Shown here piece after piece: positions 11,607-22,872 of a stretch of DNA of 64,000 nt. Under the pieces are notes generated by a model. It was not told the DNA's origin and did no database searches. It saw only the letters and a list, made by a program, of their open reading frames with translations. The translations under genes were made by a program, and so were the position numbers. Position 1 is the first letter of the stretch. The number at the start of each line of letters is the position of its first letter. This stretch comes from Minutocellus sp. GHC0000111. Lineage: Eukaryota. Location: contig OZ361259.1 in assembly GCA_977018835.1 (NCBI GenBank), forward strand, positions 124,001 through 188,000. The letters run 5' to 3'.

Positions 11607-11701
11607 ATAGTATTAATATCTTTACACATGTATTAAATAAATGTTACACATCTACAAATTATTTATAGATCTACATGTAAGATGCAGCAGCATTGGTTTG
11701 T

Positions 11702-12838
11702 TTATGTCACGGTGGGCTTCTTTGTTCTTCTATTTCTACCGGTATTCTTTTTTGCCTCCTTGGCCTTCTTATGATCATTAGAAAGCCACACAGCGTGGAG
11801 GGACTGACGAATCTTTCCGCGCTTCACACCATATGCATCGGCAAGTTTATTGTCAGTGAGGGCAGGGTGAGCAGTTGGTTGTTTACTCCCATCCTCATAT
11901 CCCAACTTACATGCATCTAATGCAATCTTGTCAGTAGATAATGCAATAGAGAATTCTATTGTCTTTTTATCATACAATCCGAGTTCTCTGCTTCTCCACC
12001 CTTTCGGGTAGGCACCACGACCCTCTCTTACTTGGCGATCGACTTCGATCATGCCTAGCACTGTGGTGACCACGACCTCGCTACCCCAACCAGGAACTTG
12101 TTTGAAGGGGAGGTAGACCCCTTTCTCTTTTCTTCTTGGTTCGGGCCTCTGACTACATGTGGGTGACTTGTAGTTCTTTATATCTTGTGGTAGTGGTGCT
12201 TCTCCGTACGTCAAAAAGCACGCAAGCCTCCGATGTTCCTCAACCTCTCGTTCAATCTGTCGTTCGGTTGGTTCGGTTGGAGGCAAGGGCTCCAAGATGG
12301 TAGGGGATGACAATTGAAGGTTGCTGAACGACGGGCATGAGCGGCTTGGGGTAAGAGCATACTGAGTATGAACTGACATTGGACTTGTTACCATGGGCGT
12401 GGCGGAGGGAAGGTCGAATGAGCTCACGGGCTTTCTCCTCTCGCCGCTTGGCTTTGCGTCGGCGGTTGCTATGCTCATCTCTGAGAATGAATCATCTTCA
12501 TCAGAATGAGATGAAACGGTAGCGGTACCGCGAAAGTCGGCACGCAATATGTCATGATGCAAGTACTTCCTTGCTTGGGCTTGTTCGGCGGCGAAGCCAT
12601 CCTCTTCGTTGTGCTCGCGTCGATATTTCAACACACAAGGAGATGTGAGGTCTGACGATGCCGGTGGGACCCCTTGGTTGTCCTCCTCGTCATCGTTGTC
12701 CTTGTTCTCTCGACACCGCGGATGTTCCGGCGTTTCGTTGGAAGTTTCCTTCTCATGGCGCGAGGGGCTGAATGCAGTCGCCTCGGCGCGTTTCGGTGGA
12801 CGCGGTGGACTGAAGATGTGTCCCTTTGGAGTATCCAT
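11702..12838 (-). CDS. Transposon ORF2 (378 aa), C-terminal HTH-like motif and basic tail
   Basis: First ATG inside element at 12838 (MDTPKGH); open in all four copies; LTDNKLADAYGVKRGKIRQSL; K/R-rich end. Confidence 0.75.
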   Translation of the reverse strand: MDTPKGHIFSPPRPPKRAEATAFSPSRHEKETSNETPEHPRCRENKDNDDEEDNQGVPPASSDLTSPCVLKYRREHNEEDGFAAEQAQARKYLHHDILRADFRGTATVSSHSDEDDSFSEMSIATADAKPSGERRKPVSSFDLPSATPMVTSPMSVHTQYALTPSRSCPSFSNLQLSSPTILEPLPPTEPTERQIEREVEEHRRLACFLTYGEAPLPQDIKNYKSPTCSQRPEPRRKEKGVYLPFKQVPGWGSEVVVTTVLGMIEVDRQVREGRGAYPKGWRSRELGLYDKKTIEFSIALSTDKIALDACKLGYEDGSKQPTAHPALTDNKLADAYGVKRGKIRQSLHAVWLSNDHKKAKEAKKNTGRNRRTKKPTVT

Positions 12839-12990
12839 GAGTGTGGAAGCTTCTTGAAGCGCCAGTCGGCAGAAGTTGCCCAGTCTATTTGTGGTAATTG
12901 CTTGGAGGTCGGTTGTTGACGGATGTGTTTTGATTTGCTTGCTTTGCCGCGTGTTTTTCAAGGTGTGCGCAAACCGCCGTGTCGGAAAGT

Positions 12991-13038
12991 CCAAAGACCC
13001 AAAAAACCGGGTCCCCGAAATTGCTGTCCCGGACCTCG
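12991..13038 (-). repeat. Right TIR of copy 1
   Basis: Reverse complement CGAGGTCCGGGACAGCAATTTCGGGGACCCGGTTTTTTGGGTCTTTGG. Confidence 0.9.
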
Positions 13039-13242
13039 TACTTGAGGTGTTGTTGATCACCAAAGCAAGTTTGTTGCTACTTTTTGATGTTTGTGCGGCG
13101 CGAGCGGTGTATTTCCATGATGTGTCACCACGTAAAAGCCTTGGATGGTCCGTCGCCGCCGCATGATGGCAAAGATACCTAGGTACGGCCGGGCATCACG
13201 TCACGACATACATATGCCACAATAAATGACGGCCCTTCTTCG

Positions 13243-14457
13243 ATGAATCGATTCTATCCCCTCTCCACTCGGCTCTGGACGCGAAGACTAGCCATGCCAC
13301 TTCAATCGGCACAAAAAGTCCAGCACATGATGAGACGATCCTCCTCCTCCTCCTCCTCGTCCGATCTTTCTCTCCCCTCCAGCACAGCGGTCGAACGATC
13401 CAGTCCTGCTCCACCACCGCTTCTCATGCTCGAGGGCGATAAGTTCGAATTGTCGGCAGATGGGATATCTCGAACGGCTTACAGGCTGAATCATCCTGAT
13501 ACGAGTGGCCTGCTCGTGGAGGAACTGTACGATATGAATAAGGCGACCAAGACATTTATCCTCCGACGATCAGATGCGAACCACCAACATGCACACTATA
13601 CTTATGATGCAACAACATCCAAAACGTCCAACCCCTCCATAGATCTGGGATCGGCATACCAAACCATCGAGCTACAGGAGCTTGCCGCCACCAAGGTCGA
13701 TGCAGTTGGAACTGGAGCCATGTCTTGGGAGAGTTCCATTGCCATGAGCCTGTTTTTCAGCTACAATCCACATTTATTATCTGGTCACATTCTTGAATTG
13801 GGCAGTGGCTGTGGACACGGCGGCATACTCGTTTTGAGTCAGCTGTTCAGCAATGAAAGTGGGAGAGGGCCGCATTGGCCATTCAGTGGCGACCACTCAC
13901 GCTCTTGGAATCCACCCATCGAGAGCTTTGTGTTCACCGACTACCAAAACGAAATTCTAGACCAGTGCGCACGGAACGTTCACAGCGTGTTCTCTCAAAA
14001 CAGTATTCCGTCTCAAGTTCATTTCCAAACAAAGATATTGGACTGGAATTTCTTTTCGGTAGAAGACGAGACATCACCCAGTGACTTACCACAATACAAA
14101 ACCATTTTAGCGAGCGACTGTGCGTTTAGGTATTGCGACATCGAGCCGCTTTCGGAAACGATTGTGCGTCTCCTGTCGATACGTCAAGATGCCAGCTTCC
14201 ATACCTTTGGACCGATTAATCGAGTTGCTCTTCATAGCTTGATCGAAGCCCTAAGGGCAAAGGGAATGAATGTCGAGGTGGAAACGCTCGAAATGGAAAG
14301 GCTGCGATTGATGCCCTCCAGAAGCAGCAATGTTTGTCTGGAGAAGAGAGCACGACAAGCTTCGGCGGGGATCGCCAAGATCCTGCATATTACAGCAAGG
14401 CAGGGGCACACCAACAAAGATAGTTTACATTCAAGCAATATGTGCGCATTGGATTGA
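13243..14457 (+). CDS. SAM-dependent lysine methyltransferase, METTL21/Methyltransf_16-like
   Basis: TGAMSWESS, ILELGSGCG motif I, FTDYQ, LDW, ILASDC; true start may be a later Met. Confidence 0.85.
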   Translation: MNRFYPLSTRLWTRRLAMPLQSAQKVQHMMRRSSSSSSSSDLSLPSSTAVERSSPAPPPLLMLEGDKFELSADGISRTAYRLNHPDTSGLLVEELYDMNKATKTFILRRSDANHQHAHYTYDATTSKTSNPSIDLGSAYQTIELQELAATKVDAVGTGAMSWESSIAMSLFFSYNPHLLSGHILELGSGCGHGGILVLSQLFSNESGRGPHWPFSGDHSRSWNPPIESFVFTDYQNEILDQCARNVHSVFSQNSIPSQVHFQTKILDWNFFSVEDETSPSDLPQYKTILASDCAFRYCDIEPLSETIVRLLSIRQDASFHTFGPINRVALHSLIEALRAKGMNVEVETLEMERLRLMPSRSSNVCLEKRARQASAGIAKILHITARQGHTNKDSLHSSNMCALD

Positions 14458-14785
14458 TAAGGCAAGCTCGCAAAGATCTGCTAACTTGAGACACTCTTTT
14501 GCGATACCCTCCTATTTCTTGGTAGACAAATTTAGTTCTGAACCAAACCTATAAATTAATTCTTTGCAAACAAGTACTGTGGTAATCTCTCGTAAGTTCA
14601 ATTATATTTAGAACGTATTTATGAAACTATACAGTTGCCTATCTTCTACGATTTTCGACTCAAGAATTAATTAATTTAGGCGAAGAGCGAACACATGGTC
14701 TTTGGCCAAGTAATAAGTAAGTTGACATCTATCTCACTTACTAGTATTAAAGCCGCCAGTCAAGGAGAAGTACTTGCGTGATTTT

Positions 14786-15392
14786 CTAGCAATTGTCAGG
14801 ACAATCAAAGTCAGCAGGAACACTACTATGAGTTGTATCAACAAGAACCGACGATCCTTCGGTGCTGGCGCAGGCCAGAACTGCATTTGCATTGTGACAC
14901 CGACAATGCATTCCGTTCCCCGATTCGGCGCTGTGGTAATGAGCATAAGGGTGGCCGTACTTTGAGCAAAATGCGGTGCAAGTTGCAGCAGAATGGGCAG
15001 GATCAGGATGGTTGGGATTATGTCCGATCGTTAGAGCAGAGTTTGTACCAACGGTAACGCCTTCGCAGTGCTCAAGCAAGCGTCGGTGACCTTCTCCACC
15101 ACGGAGAAGATTCACCTCGGCGGCCTGCATTTTTAGATTGCACAAGAGAGAGAATGAAGAGGGAGGCGAAAGAACGTTTGTAAAGTAAGCGAGATAGAAA
15201 GCGCCGAGCATAAAGCAAGAAATTCTCCATTTGCACGCAGTATCGCAGTCACGGATTATGATATCTTCTGCCTCCACTGCGAACTTTGATCTCTCTCGCT
15301 TCGCCGCCAAAAAATCCATCATCCATCGGCCAGCACGACCTCACCTGAGCAGACGCCACAAAGAGAGCGAAGACAAGGGCAGATCGGATCAT
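14786..15392 (-). CDS. Small secreted Cys-rich protein, 2 exons (15392-15345, 15124-14786), 128 aa
   Basis: Signal peptide MIRSALVFALFVASAQ, GTGAGG donor, polypyrimidine tract plus CAG acceptor, in frame to AAEVNLLRGGEGHRRL; 8 Cys in mature part. Confidence 0.75.
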
Positions 15393-15736
15393 GGTTTGGA
15401 TTGCGCGGCAGCGATATTGATATCAACTCTATCAAGTGGGTTCGTGGAATGAAAGTTCGGGAAATGAGCACGTGGCGAGAGAGGGCATACTTCAAATCGG
15501 AAGCACAGGCGTGACATTTGGAGAAATCTTGCTGGGGAAGTGACATTGATCCCGGGGATCTGCAGATCCTTGGTCCCGATCTTTGGGGACTGAGATGGCG
15601 CGCCAACTGCATGATGCGATGCAGAGATGATGATGCGGAAGTTGCTGATAGTAACAGAGCAGTGATGCAACTCGCAGCGCCCCCAGCAGAACTCTTCCCC
15701 TGAGCTTCTTTCTTCCTTTCTGCGTTGGTGACTGAC

Positions 15737-17080
15737 ATGTCTCACCAGTTTCGATCCTCTCGGCGGCGTCCTCGCGGCGGCAACAATCGCGTGGCTTCTC
15801 GTCAATCATCTTCTTCTGCTGGGCACGACTCATTAGTGAGCGCAGGCGATGTTGATTTCCAACCTCTCATTGGGTCGATTGGTGATGATCGACAGAGCAT
15901 TTTGAATTATCACCGCCAATATCGATCGTCACGAAAAATGAGGCCAATGAATGTGGCATCTCAACAAGATATCAACACGAAGAGCAGCAGCAGGACAATA
16001 CACACAGAAGGCGGCGATTCCGAATCCAGCGAAGAAGCCCCCCTTTTGCAGCGCCCCTCATCCATAATGGAAAGCTCTACGTTTTTGGGCGTAGAAGACC
16101 GAACGTACCAGTCTACTTCCAGGCCACAACGCGCACGCAACCGTCGTCACTACCGGCGTCGACGAAGCAATGCCTGGGATCAAAGCGCTTCTGGTCACAT
16201 CTTGGTCAATTCCAGCCCAATCAAAGACGTTGGTTGTTGTCACTCGGGTTGCTGTTGCGTGCAGTGTGTTCGCACAGGAGAAGTGGGCCTGCTGCAAATA
16301 TTTGGACGATTCGAGCGCATTCTACCGCCTGGCCTCGTGTGCATGTGCTGGCCATGCTATCGAGTGGGACGGCTATCGTTACGAGTGCAGCAGCTGGACA
16401 TGAAGCTTGAATCAAAAACAAAAGATGCAGTATTTGTAACTATTGGCCTATCTGTTCAGTACCGAGTTATGCGATCAGACGCATTCCAGGCATATTATTC
16501 GTTCACCGACCCAGAGAAACAAATCGTGGCGCTCGTTTATGATGCGGTGCGGTCCAATTCTATTCTTGCCGATGCAGTTAGGGCAAAACTTGATTTTATG
16601 CGGCGTTATGGATACAAAATCGTTAGCACGCTCATCACCAGCATCACGCCTGTTGAAAGCGTTCGTCGCTCGATGAACGAGATCAATGCTTCAAAGAGAA
16701 TCAAGGACGGGGCGCCCTATCGGGCCGAGGGCAAAAAGATCGCGAGAGTCAAGGCCGCCGAGGCTGGAGCTGAAAAATCTTATCTGGATGGAGTGGGCGT
16801 TGCGAGCGCTCGGATGGCAATTGCCGCTTCCATGAAGGAATCACTTCTCAAGCTTGATGTCAAGGAGAGCTTGAGACCGAAACATGTTATGGACCTCCTC
16901 CTTGTGTCGCATTACATGGACACACTCTCTGCCCTTGGTGCCAATAGCCTTGTTGTCAAGAATGCCCCAGATGAAATCCCTTTCCTCAAACGCGAGATTT
17001 CAGAGTATTTCGCATCCCCCGTCGTTGTAGAAACAAAGTGCGAGGAACCCAGCTCATTGTCGGAGCTTTTTCCAACATGA
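15737..17080 (+). CDS. SPFH/Band 7 protein (HIR-like) with long N-terminal extension
   Basis: FGRFERILPPGL, LSLRVQQLD, KTKDAVFV, SMNEINASKR, AEAGAEKSYLDGVGVA, DLLLVSHYMDTL. Confidence 0.88.
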   Translation: MSHQFRSSRRRPRGGNNRVASRQSSSSAGHDSLVSAGDVDFQPLIGSIGDDRQSILNYHRQYRSSRKMRPMNVASQQDINTKSSSRTIHTEGGDSESSEEAPLLQRPSSIMESSTFLGVEDRTYQSTSRPQRARNRRHYRRRRSNAWDQSASGHILVNSSPIKDVGCCHSGCCCVQCVRTGEVGLLQIFGRFERILPPGLVCMCWPCYRVGRLSLRVQQLDMKLESKTKDAVFVTIGLSVQYRVMRSDAFQAYYSFTDPEKQIVALVYDAVRSNSILADAVRAKLDFMRRYGYKIVSTLITSITPVESVRRSMNEINASKRIKDGAPYRAEGKKIARVKAAEAGAEKSYLDGVGVASARMAIAASMKESLLKLDVKESLRPKHVMDLLLVSHYMDTLSALGANSLVVKNAPDEIPFLKREISEYFASPVVVETKCEEPSSLSELFPT

Positions 17081-20000
17081 TTCTACCTGCAATATGGATT
17101 GTTGCGTTTCAATGATCTAAGTATGTATCTAATCTAGAAAGTAGAAATTTACAATTCATCACCGGCATACGTTTGTTCGGGTGCACGCAGGCTGGCTCCA
17201 TCGGTAGTATTCAGCCTGGAAAGGACATCAAGCAACAACGTACGAAGCTCGCCGACCTCTTGACTTAGCATATCTGTCTTTTCATCAAGAGATCGAATCT
17301 TCTCCTCAAAACTACTGTCATCTGCATTTACAGTCTCATGGGACAATGGCGACGCGGGAAATTTCGATAAGAGCCATCCCGGGATAGTAATTGCGAGAAC
17401 GACTAACAAGCCGACCAGAACAATTCGAACAGAAGTGTTTTGAAGCGCTGATGATGCAGCCTCGATAGTCTTTGATACAATGGCCTTCACAGGACCTGAA
17501 GTAACAATCTTCTTCAAGAGCGAAAGCAGCAATTGGAACATGCGGATTGCCATCGATTTCGAATCACCCTTCATCTCCTCTTCGCCATTTGTTCTTCCTC
17601 ATCTTCGCCATCATCGCCAGCACCACACGCCTCCTTCGCCGCATCAAACAATGAAAAATGAATTGGTTTGGTTTCGGTTATCGTACCGCTCTGAATTTTG
17701 GCCTTAAGCACTGTCGATTTCTTAAAGTCGACAAAAACTCCAACATCAATCACCAAGTCCTTTCCAGCCCGTCGAGCTACCCATCTCACTTCGACCGCAA
17801 AGCAATCGGCATACGGAATGCCGTCCATCTCGACGGTCATAGTCAGTACAAACTTATCGTCACCTTCCATTCGGCAATATTGCGTTTGCGTGACACCGGC
17901 TATTGGGGGACCAACATAGAGATGCGTCGTGCGAGTAAACTTGAATTTGACAATTCTTTTCTGATCCATCTTTTCGCCGCTCCAGGGACGAGTCAAGCCC
18001 TCTGTAACCTCCCAGTCACCGACGCTTATATCATGACTGTTCTTACTTTCCAGAAATTTGTGGTAGAATGGCCCACTGTCCGTGTCGCCGTTTCCCTCGG
18101 ACCAACACATGTCATAAAAGTGCTTGAGCGAGACTCCCGTGAGTCTCTTTGAAAGCACCGGGTCCATCTTTGCCAGATTTTCATCTGGCTGGACGGTTGG
18201 AGCGGCTTTCCGCTTCTTCTTTTTCCCTGTCAAGTCTGAAAGTTGCGTCGCGACTGTGGTCAGCTGGTTGAGTAGCTGAAACGCCTTTTCACGGTATGAG
18301 TAAGCGAAACTGCCAAAGAAATATGAAGACTCCCCATCGCCGGCATCAAATGTTACCCGGATCGAATTGTCGAGCTGAATAAAAGTATCCGAGTGACGGG
18401 TAGATCAAATGAAAAGCAAGCAAAAGTGTTGAGAACAACGAAAATACAGTAACAAGTCGAACAAACACCTCTTCAAAACAAAAAAAGATAGATAACTTTT
18501 AGAGAAAGAGAAGAGAAAATACTACTCACCGGGCCGATGCTATCTTTTGTGATAGATACGACGTCTTCCCACTTCAAAATCAGCTTCTTATCACCCCAGC
18601 CGATGAAATACATCTTTTGGGAAGTGACGAACATTCGCCCATGCAACAAGGGCGACATGAATCCCTCCTCTTCCTTTGGCCAGTACGCACAGGAGTAGCT
18701 ATCGATGACAGTCGGGGGCATGGTCTGCTTACTACCTCCGGATGCGCCATCTCCCTTTCCTTGGCCTTCTTCTTCTCCAAAATGCGCTAGAAATAGCTGC
18801 ATTTCCGCAGAAGTCGTTGCGTCGGATGATTCGGGTGCCGCCTTTTCTGCAGTCGCCACTTTGAGCGTCTCTGCAAGGTTCTTCAATTCTTTGGTTGCTA
18901 CGGACATACGCTCTAGCGCCACAACGGGCATAGATGAGGATCGATGCATTCCCTCGGTCATTGTTGCATCTTGTTCTCCATCAAAGGGCTCATTTGCGTC
19001 CACTTTCCGCTCAGAAAGCGGTTTTGGCGTCGTTGATTCATGATCTTTGATAGAGGCAGGAGTACGTGGTGCAGCAGTAATTTTTGTACCCTTCTCTTTC
19101 CCATGAGAGCTTGCATTCTTTCGCACAGACTTCGATTCTCCATTTTCTCCCTCCGCAACAAATTGCACTAGTTTGTAAACGTCTTTGGAGTTCACTCGCT
19201 TCGCCTTGAGCACATATCCGCCCTTCTCCTTTGATTCGCCAGACTTTTTGCTAACTTCCTCAATATGAGAAAATACATTCTGTTGCATCGAAAAGCTCCA
19301 CTCGAATAAATCCTCCAAAACCCGAGGGCCACTGTATTCTTGTATTTTTGTTGCCGCTGGATCGATTCCGACATAGCGCGTTTCTCGAAAATGTTGAAAG
19401 AAGGATGCAATTACTTCAAATCCGACGGTTACAGCGTTCCACAGGATTTCGGCCTTGGCAATGGCTTGGTTATCTGCGGCGCGGGCCGTTGCGACGTAGG
19501 ATTGGATGGCCTTCTCCTTAGCAACCTGCGCGGATTCGTACGCCAGCTTATCCGCCTGCTGCTTGGCCGTTGTTTCTTCAAGAGTCTTCTTCGCCAGCGC
19601 AAGACGCTGCTCTGAATTGAGCATTTTGGTCAATGCCTCGTCTTCCATTCCACTTGGAAGCATAGACAACATTCCACCTATGGCTTTGGTCATGGGCGAT
19701 GACATGCCGGCACCAACGCCATATTGCTGACTGACTGATGCTGATGACGAAGCAAAGGAGGCAGCTTGTTGAGCCATTCGTTCTTCTGCTTTTTCTAACG
19801 CGGCAACCGATTGCTCATGTCGCAAGCGTGCCTTGGCCTCTGCTTTAGCGTGATCTGTACAGTGCTTCCACCTCATTTCTTCAGAATCGACGGCAGATCG
19901 CAGATCCTTCTCGGCCGAACTCACTAACTTTCCAATCAACTTGTCACCATCTTCTTGAATTTTGCCACCTAAATCTGATGCAACCTTTGCCGCGTTCCCA

Positions 20001-21641
20001 AGAGTTTCAATATATCTGTTCCAGCAAGCCAGGGCACGGTCACCCTCGGACTGATTCAAGACGACCGCCAACACATCGCCGCTCTTGTTCTTACTACTTG
20101 CACCAACATATCCCATTTCCGAGAGCTTTGACCGCAATCCAGTGGAAAACTCAAATGCAGCCGACGCGATTTCCATAAAGTAAGCAGCAACAGCCTTGAG
20201 GGCATGAGTGCAGCTCGTTTGGTCCTGCAGCCTTGCCTTCATGGTTTCTCGCCACCGACCGACGTCTTCCGGCAGATTCAACTCGATGGCCTCCTGAACA
20301 GCTGACTTACCCGCGGCGGTATCGGTGGATGGTAGAACCTTGTTCAAAATGGACGCCGAGGATACCTGGGAATGAGACCCGACGGATATGTTGGCATCGC
20401 TGATTGCGGATGCAGCGTCATCCACCTCTCCCAATGCACTGCCGGACGAGTCCATATCACCGCGTGCTTGTGGCACCAGCACCATCTTATCCAGGGCACC
20501 CCTCTCGGCCTGCAGGGCGCGGCCGAGCGTCTCCACCAGGAACTGAAGTCGCTCTTCCTCCAGCTTCTGCAACGAATCCAACGCCATGATCTCCATGGTC
20601 TGAGCTCTCGACACGGCCTGATTCTCCTCTTCGACCAGCCGGCAGTATTCGCTTTCGCATTTCGGAACCTCCTCGAGGGCCTTGAGGACCAGCTGAGATG
20701 ACTGGGACAGTCCGCTGCCCTGCTTCTTGCCACCGACGAACTTGCGCTTGAGGTCTTCCCAGGACAAAATATCCGCGGCGGCGGCGGCCGATGAGCCGTT
20801 CTCTGCAGATGCACCTGATGTCGATGCCGCCGCCGACGCAGCTGCTCCTGTTGCATCGTCGCTGCCACCCTCCTCCATATTCTTGGCCCGCCTCAAAGTG
20901 CCAATGGCCTCCTCGGCCTCCGCCACGGCCCGTTCGTACCGCGCCTGGGCCCTCAGAGCATTCTGCCGGGCACTAGCACATTTCGCCCTCGTCAACGCGT
21001 ACCGGTTGAAGATGCCCGGCACGGCCTCGGCCATGGCCGACGACGACCCGTGCAACGGCCGGGCGACGCTGCCCTTGAGGCAGATGGCCAACCCCTGCGT
21101 CTGCTTGGCGAACGAAATCAGGCACCGGTTGGTCTCCCTCAGCAGGGGAGACACTGCGGGTGAAAATATCCCACCGCCCGCATTGGTACTGCTATTGGTG
21201 CCTGCACCGCCACCTCCACCATCCAAGGCCGCCAAGTTGTGACACGATTGCAGTATCGACCCGGCCAACCCATCGTGCAGGGCCGCCACGTCGGCGAGCA
21301 GCGTGGCCGATCGCTTCCCGCATCTCGACAGCGTCCTGGCCCGCTCCGACGCCGCCCGCAGCCCCAGCCCGTGCAGGTTGCTGGCCTTGGTCAGTTCTCG
21401 GGACGGGCTGAACTTTCCCCCGCGCGTTGGGCTGCGCAGTACGAGGTCCGGGACAGCAATTTCGGGGACCCGGTTTTTTGGGTCTTTGGACTTTCCGACA
21501 CGGCGGTTTGCGCGCACCTTGAAAAACACGCGGCAAAGCAAGCAAATCAAAACACATCCGTCAACAACCGACCTCCAAGCAATTACCACAAATAGACTGG
21601 GCAACTTCTGCCGACTGGCGCTTCAAGAAGCTTCCACACTC

Positions 21642-22778
21642 ATGGATACTCCAAAGGGACACATCTTCAGTCCACCGCGTCCACCGAAACGCGCCGAGGC
21701 GACTGCATTCAGCCCCTCGCGCCATGAGAAGGAAACTTCCAACGAAACGCCGGAACATCCGCGGCATCGAGAGAACAAGGACAACGATGACGAGGAGGAC
21801 AACCAAGGGGTCCCACCGGCATCGTCAGACCTCACATCTCCTCGTGTGTTGAAGTATCGACGCGAGTACAACGAAGAGGATGGCTTCGCCGCCGAACAAG
21901 CCCAAGCAAGGAAGTACTTGCATCATGACATATTGCGTGCCGACTTTCGCGGTACCGCTACCGTTTCATCTCATTCTGATGAAGAGGATTCATTCTCAGA
22001 GATGAGCATAGCAACCGCCGACGCAAAGCCAAGCGGCGAGAGGAGAAAGCCCGTGAGCTCATTCGACCTTCCCTCCGCCACGCCCATGGTAACAAGTCCA
22101 ATGTCAGTTCATACTCAGTATGCTCTTACCCCAAGCCGCTCATGCCCGTCGTTCAGCAACCTTCAATTGTCATCCCCTACCATCTTGGAGCCCTTGCCTC
22201 CAACCGAACCAACCGAACGACAGATTGAACGAGAGGTTGAGGAACATCGGAGGCTTGCGTGCTTTTTGACGTACGGAGAAGCACCACTACCACAAGATAT
22301 AAAGAACTACAAGTCACCCACATGTAGTCAGAGGCCCGAACCAAGAAGAAAAGAGAAAGGGGTCTACCTCCCCTTCAAACAAGTTCCTGGTTGGGGTAGC
22401 GAGGTCGTGGTCACCACAGTGCTAGGCATGATCGAAGTCGATCGCCAAGTAAGAGAGGGTCGTGGTGCCTACCCGAAAGGGTGGAGAAGCAGAGAACTCG
22501 GATTGTATGATAACAAGACAATAGAATTCTCTATTGCATTATCTACTGACAAGATTGCATTAGATGCACATAAGTTGGGATATGAGGATGGGAGTAAACA
22601 ACCAACTGCTCACCCTGCCCTCACTGACAATAAACTTGCCGATGCATATGGTGTGAAGCGCGGAAAGATTCGTCAGTCCCTCCACGCTGTGTGGCTTTCT
22701 AATGATCATATGAAGGCCAAGGAGGCAAAAAAGAATACCGGTAGAAATAGAAGAACAAAGAAGCCCACCGTGACATAA
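21642..22778 (+). CDS. Transposon ORF2, copy 2
   Basis: 378-aa open frame, near identical to 11702-12838. Confidence 0.75.
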   Translation: MDTPKGHIFSPPRPPKRAEATAFSPSRHEKETSNETPEHPRHRENKDNDDEEDNQGVPPASSDLTSPRVLKYRREYNEEDGFAAEQAQARKYLHHDILRADFRGTATVSSHSDEEDSFSEMSIATADAKPSGERRKPVSSFDLPSATPMVTSPMSVHTQYALTPSRSCPSFSNLQLSSPTILEPLPPTEPTERQIEREVEEHRRLACFLTYGEAPLPQDIKNYKSPTCSQRPEPRRKEKGVYLPFKQVPGWGSEVVVTTVLGMIEVDRQVREGRGAYPKGWRSRELGLYDNKTIEFSIALSTDKIALDAHKLGYEDGSKQPTAHPALTDNKLADAYGVKRGKIRQSLHAVWLSNDHMKAKEAKKNTGRNRRTKKPTVT

Positions 22779-22872
22779 ACAAACCAATGCTGCTGCATCT
22801 TACATGTAGATCTATAAATAATTTGTAGACGTGTACATTTATTTAATACATGTGTAAAGATATTAATACTAT

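Larger units (their letters stand above)
9378..13038 (+). mobile_element. Two-ORF Tc1/mariner-superfamily DNA transposon, copy 1 (full length, 3661 bp)
   Basis: Imperfect TIRs 9378-9424 and 12991-13038 beginning CGAGGTC; TA on both flanks (9376-9377, 13039-13040); DDD transposase inside; four copies in window. Confidence 0.93.

Noticed and set aside
11702..12838. ORF2 as a Fanzor/TnpB RNA-guided nuclease
   Set aside because: No RuvC D-E-D motifs or CxxC zinc finger visible, and it points inward toward the transposase rather than toward an element end
17149..17574. 141-aa ORF as an independent gene
   Set aside because: Overlaps the VASt ORF end and joins it with a 1-nt correction, supplying the expected TM anchor
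18473..21604. 1043-aa ORF as a standalone gene
   Set aside because: Its start is a non-ATG codon inside the transposon and its end runs into an intron; it is the middle of the disrupted gene
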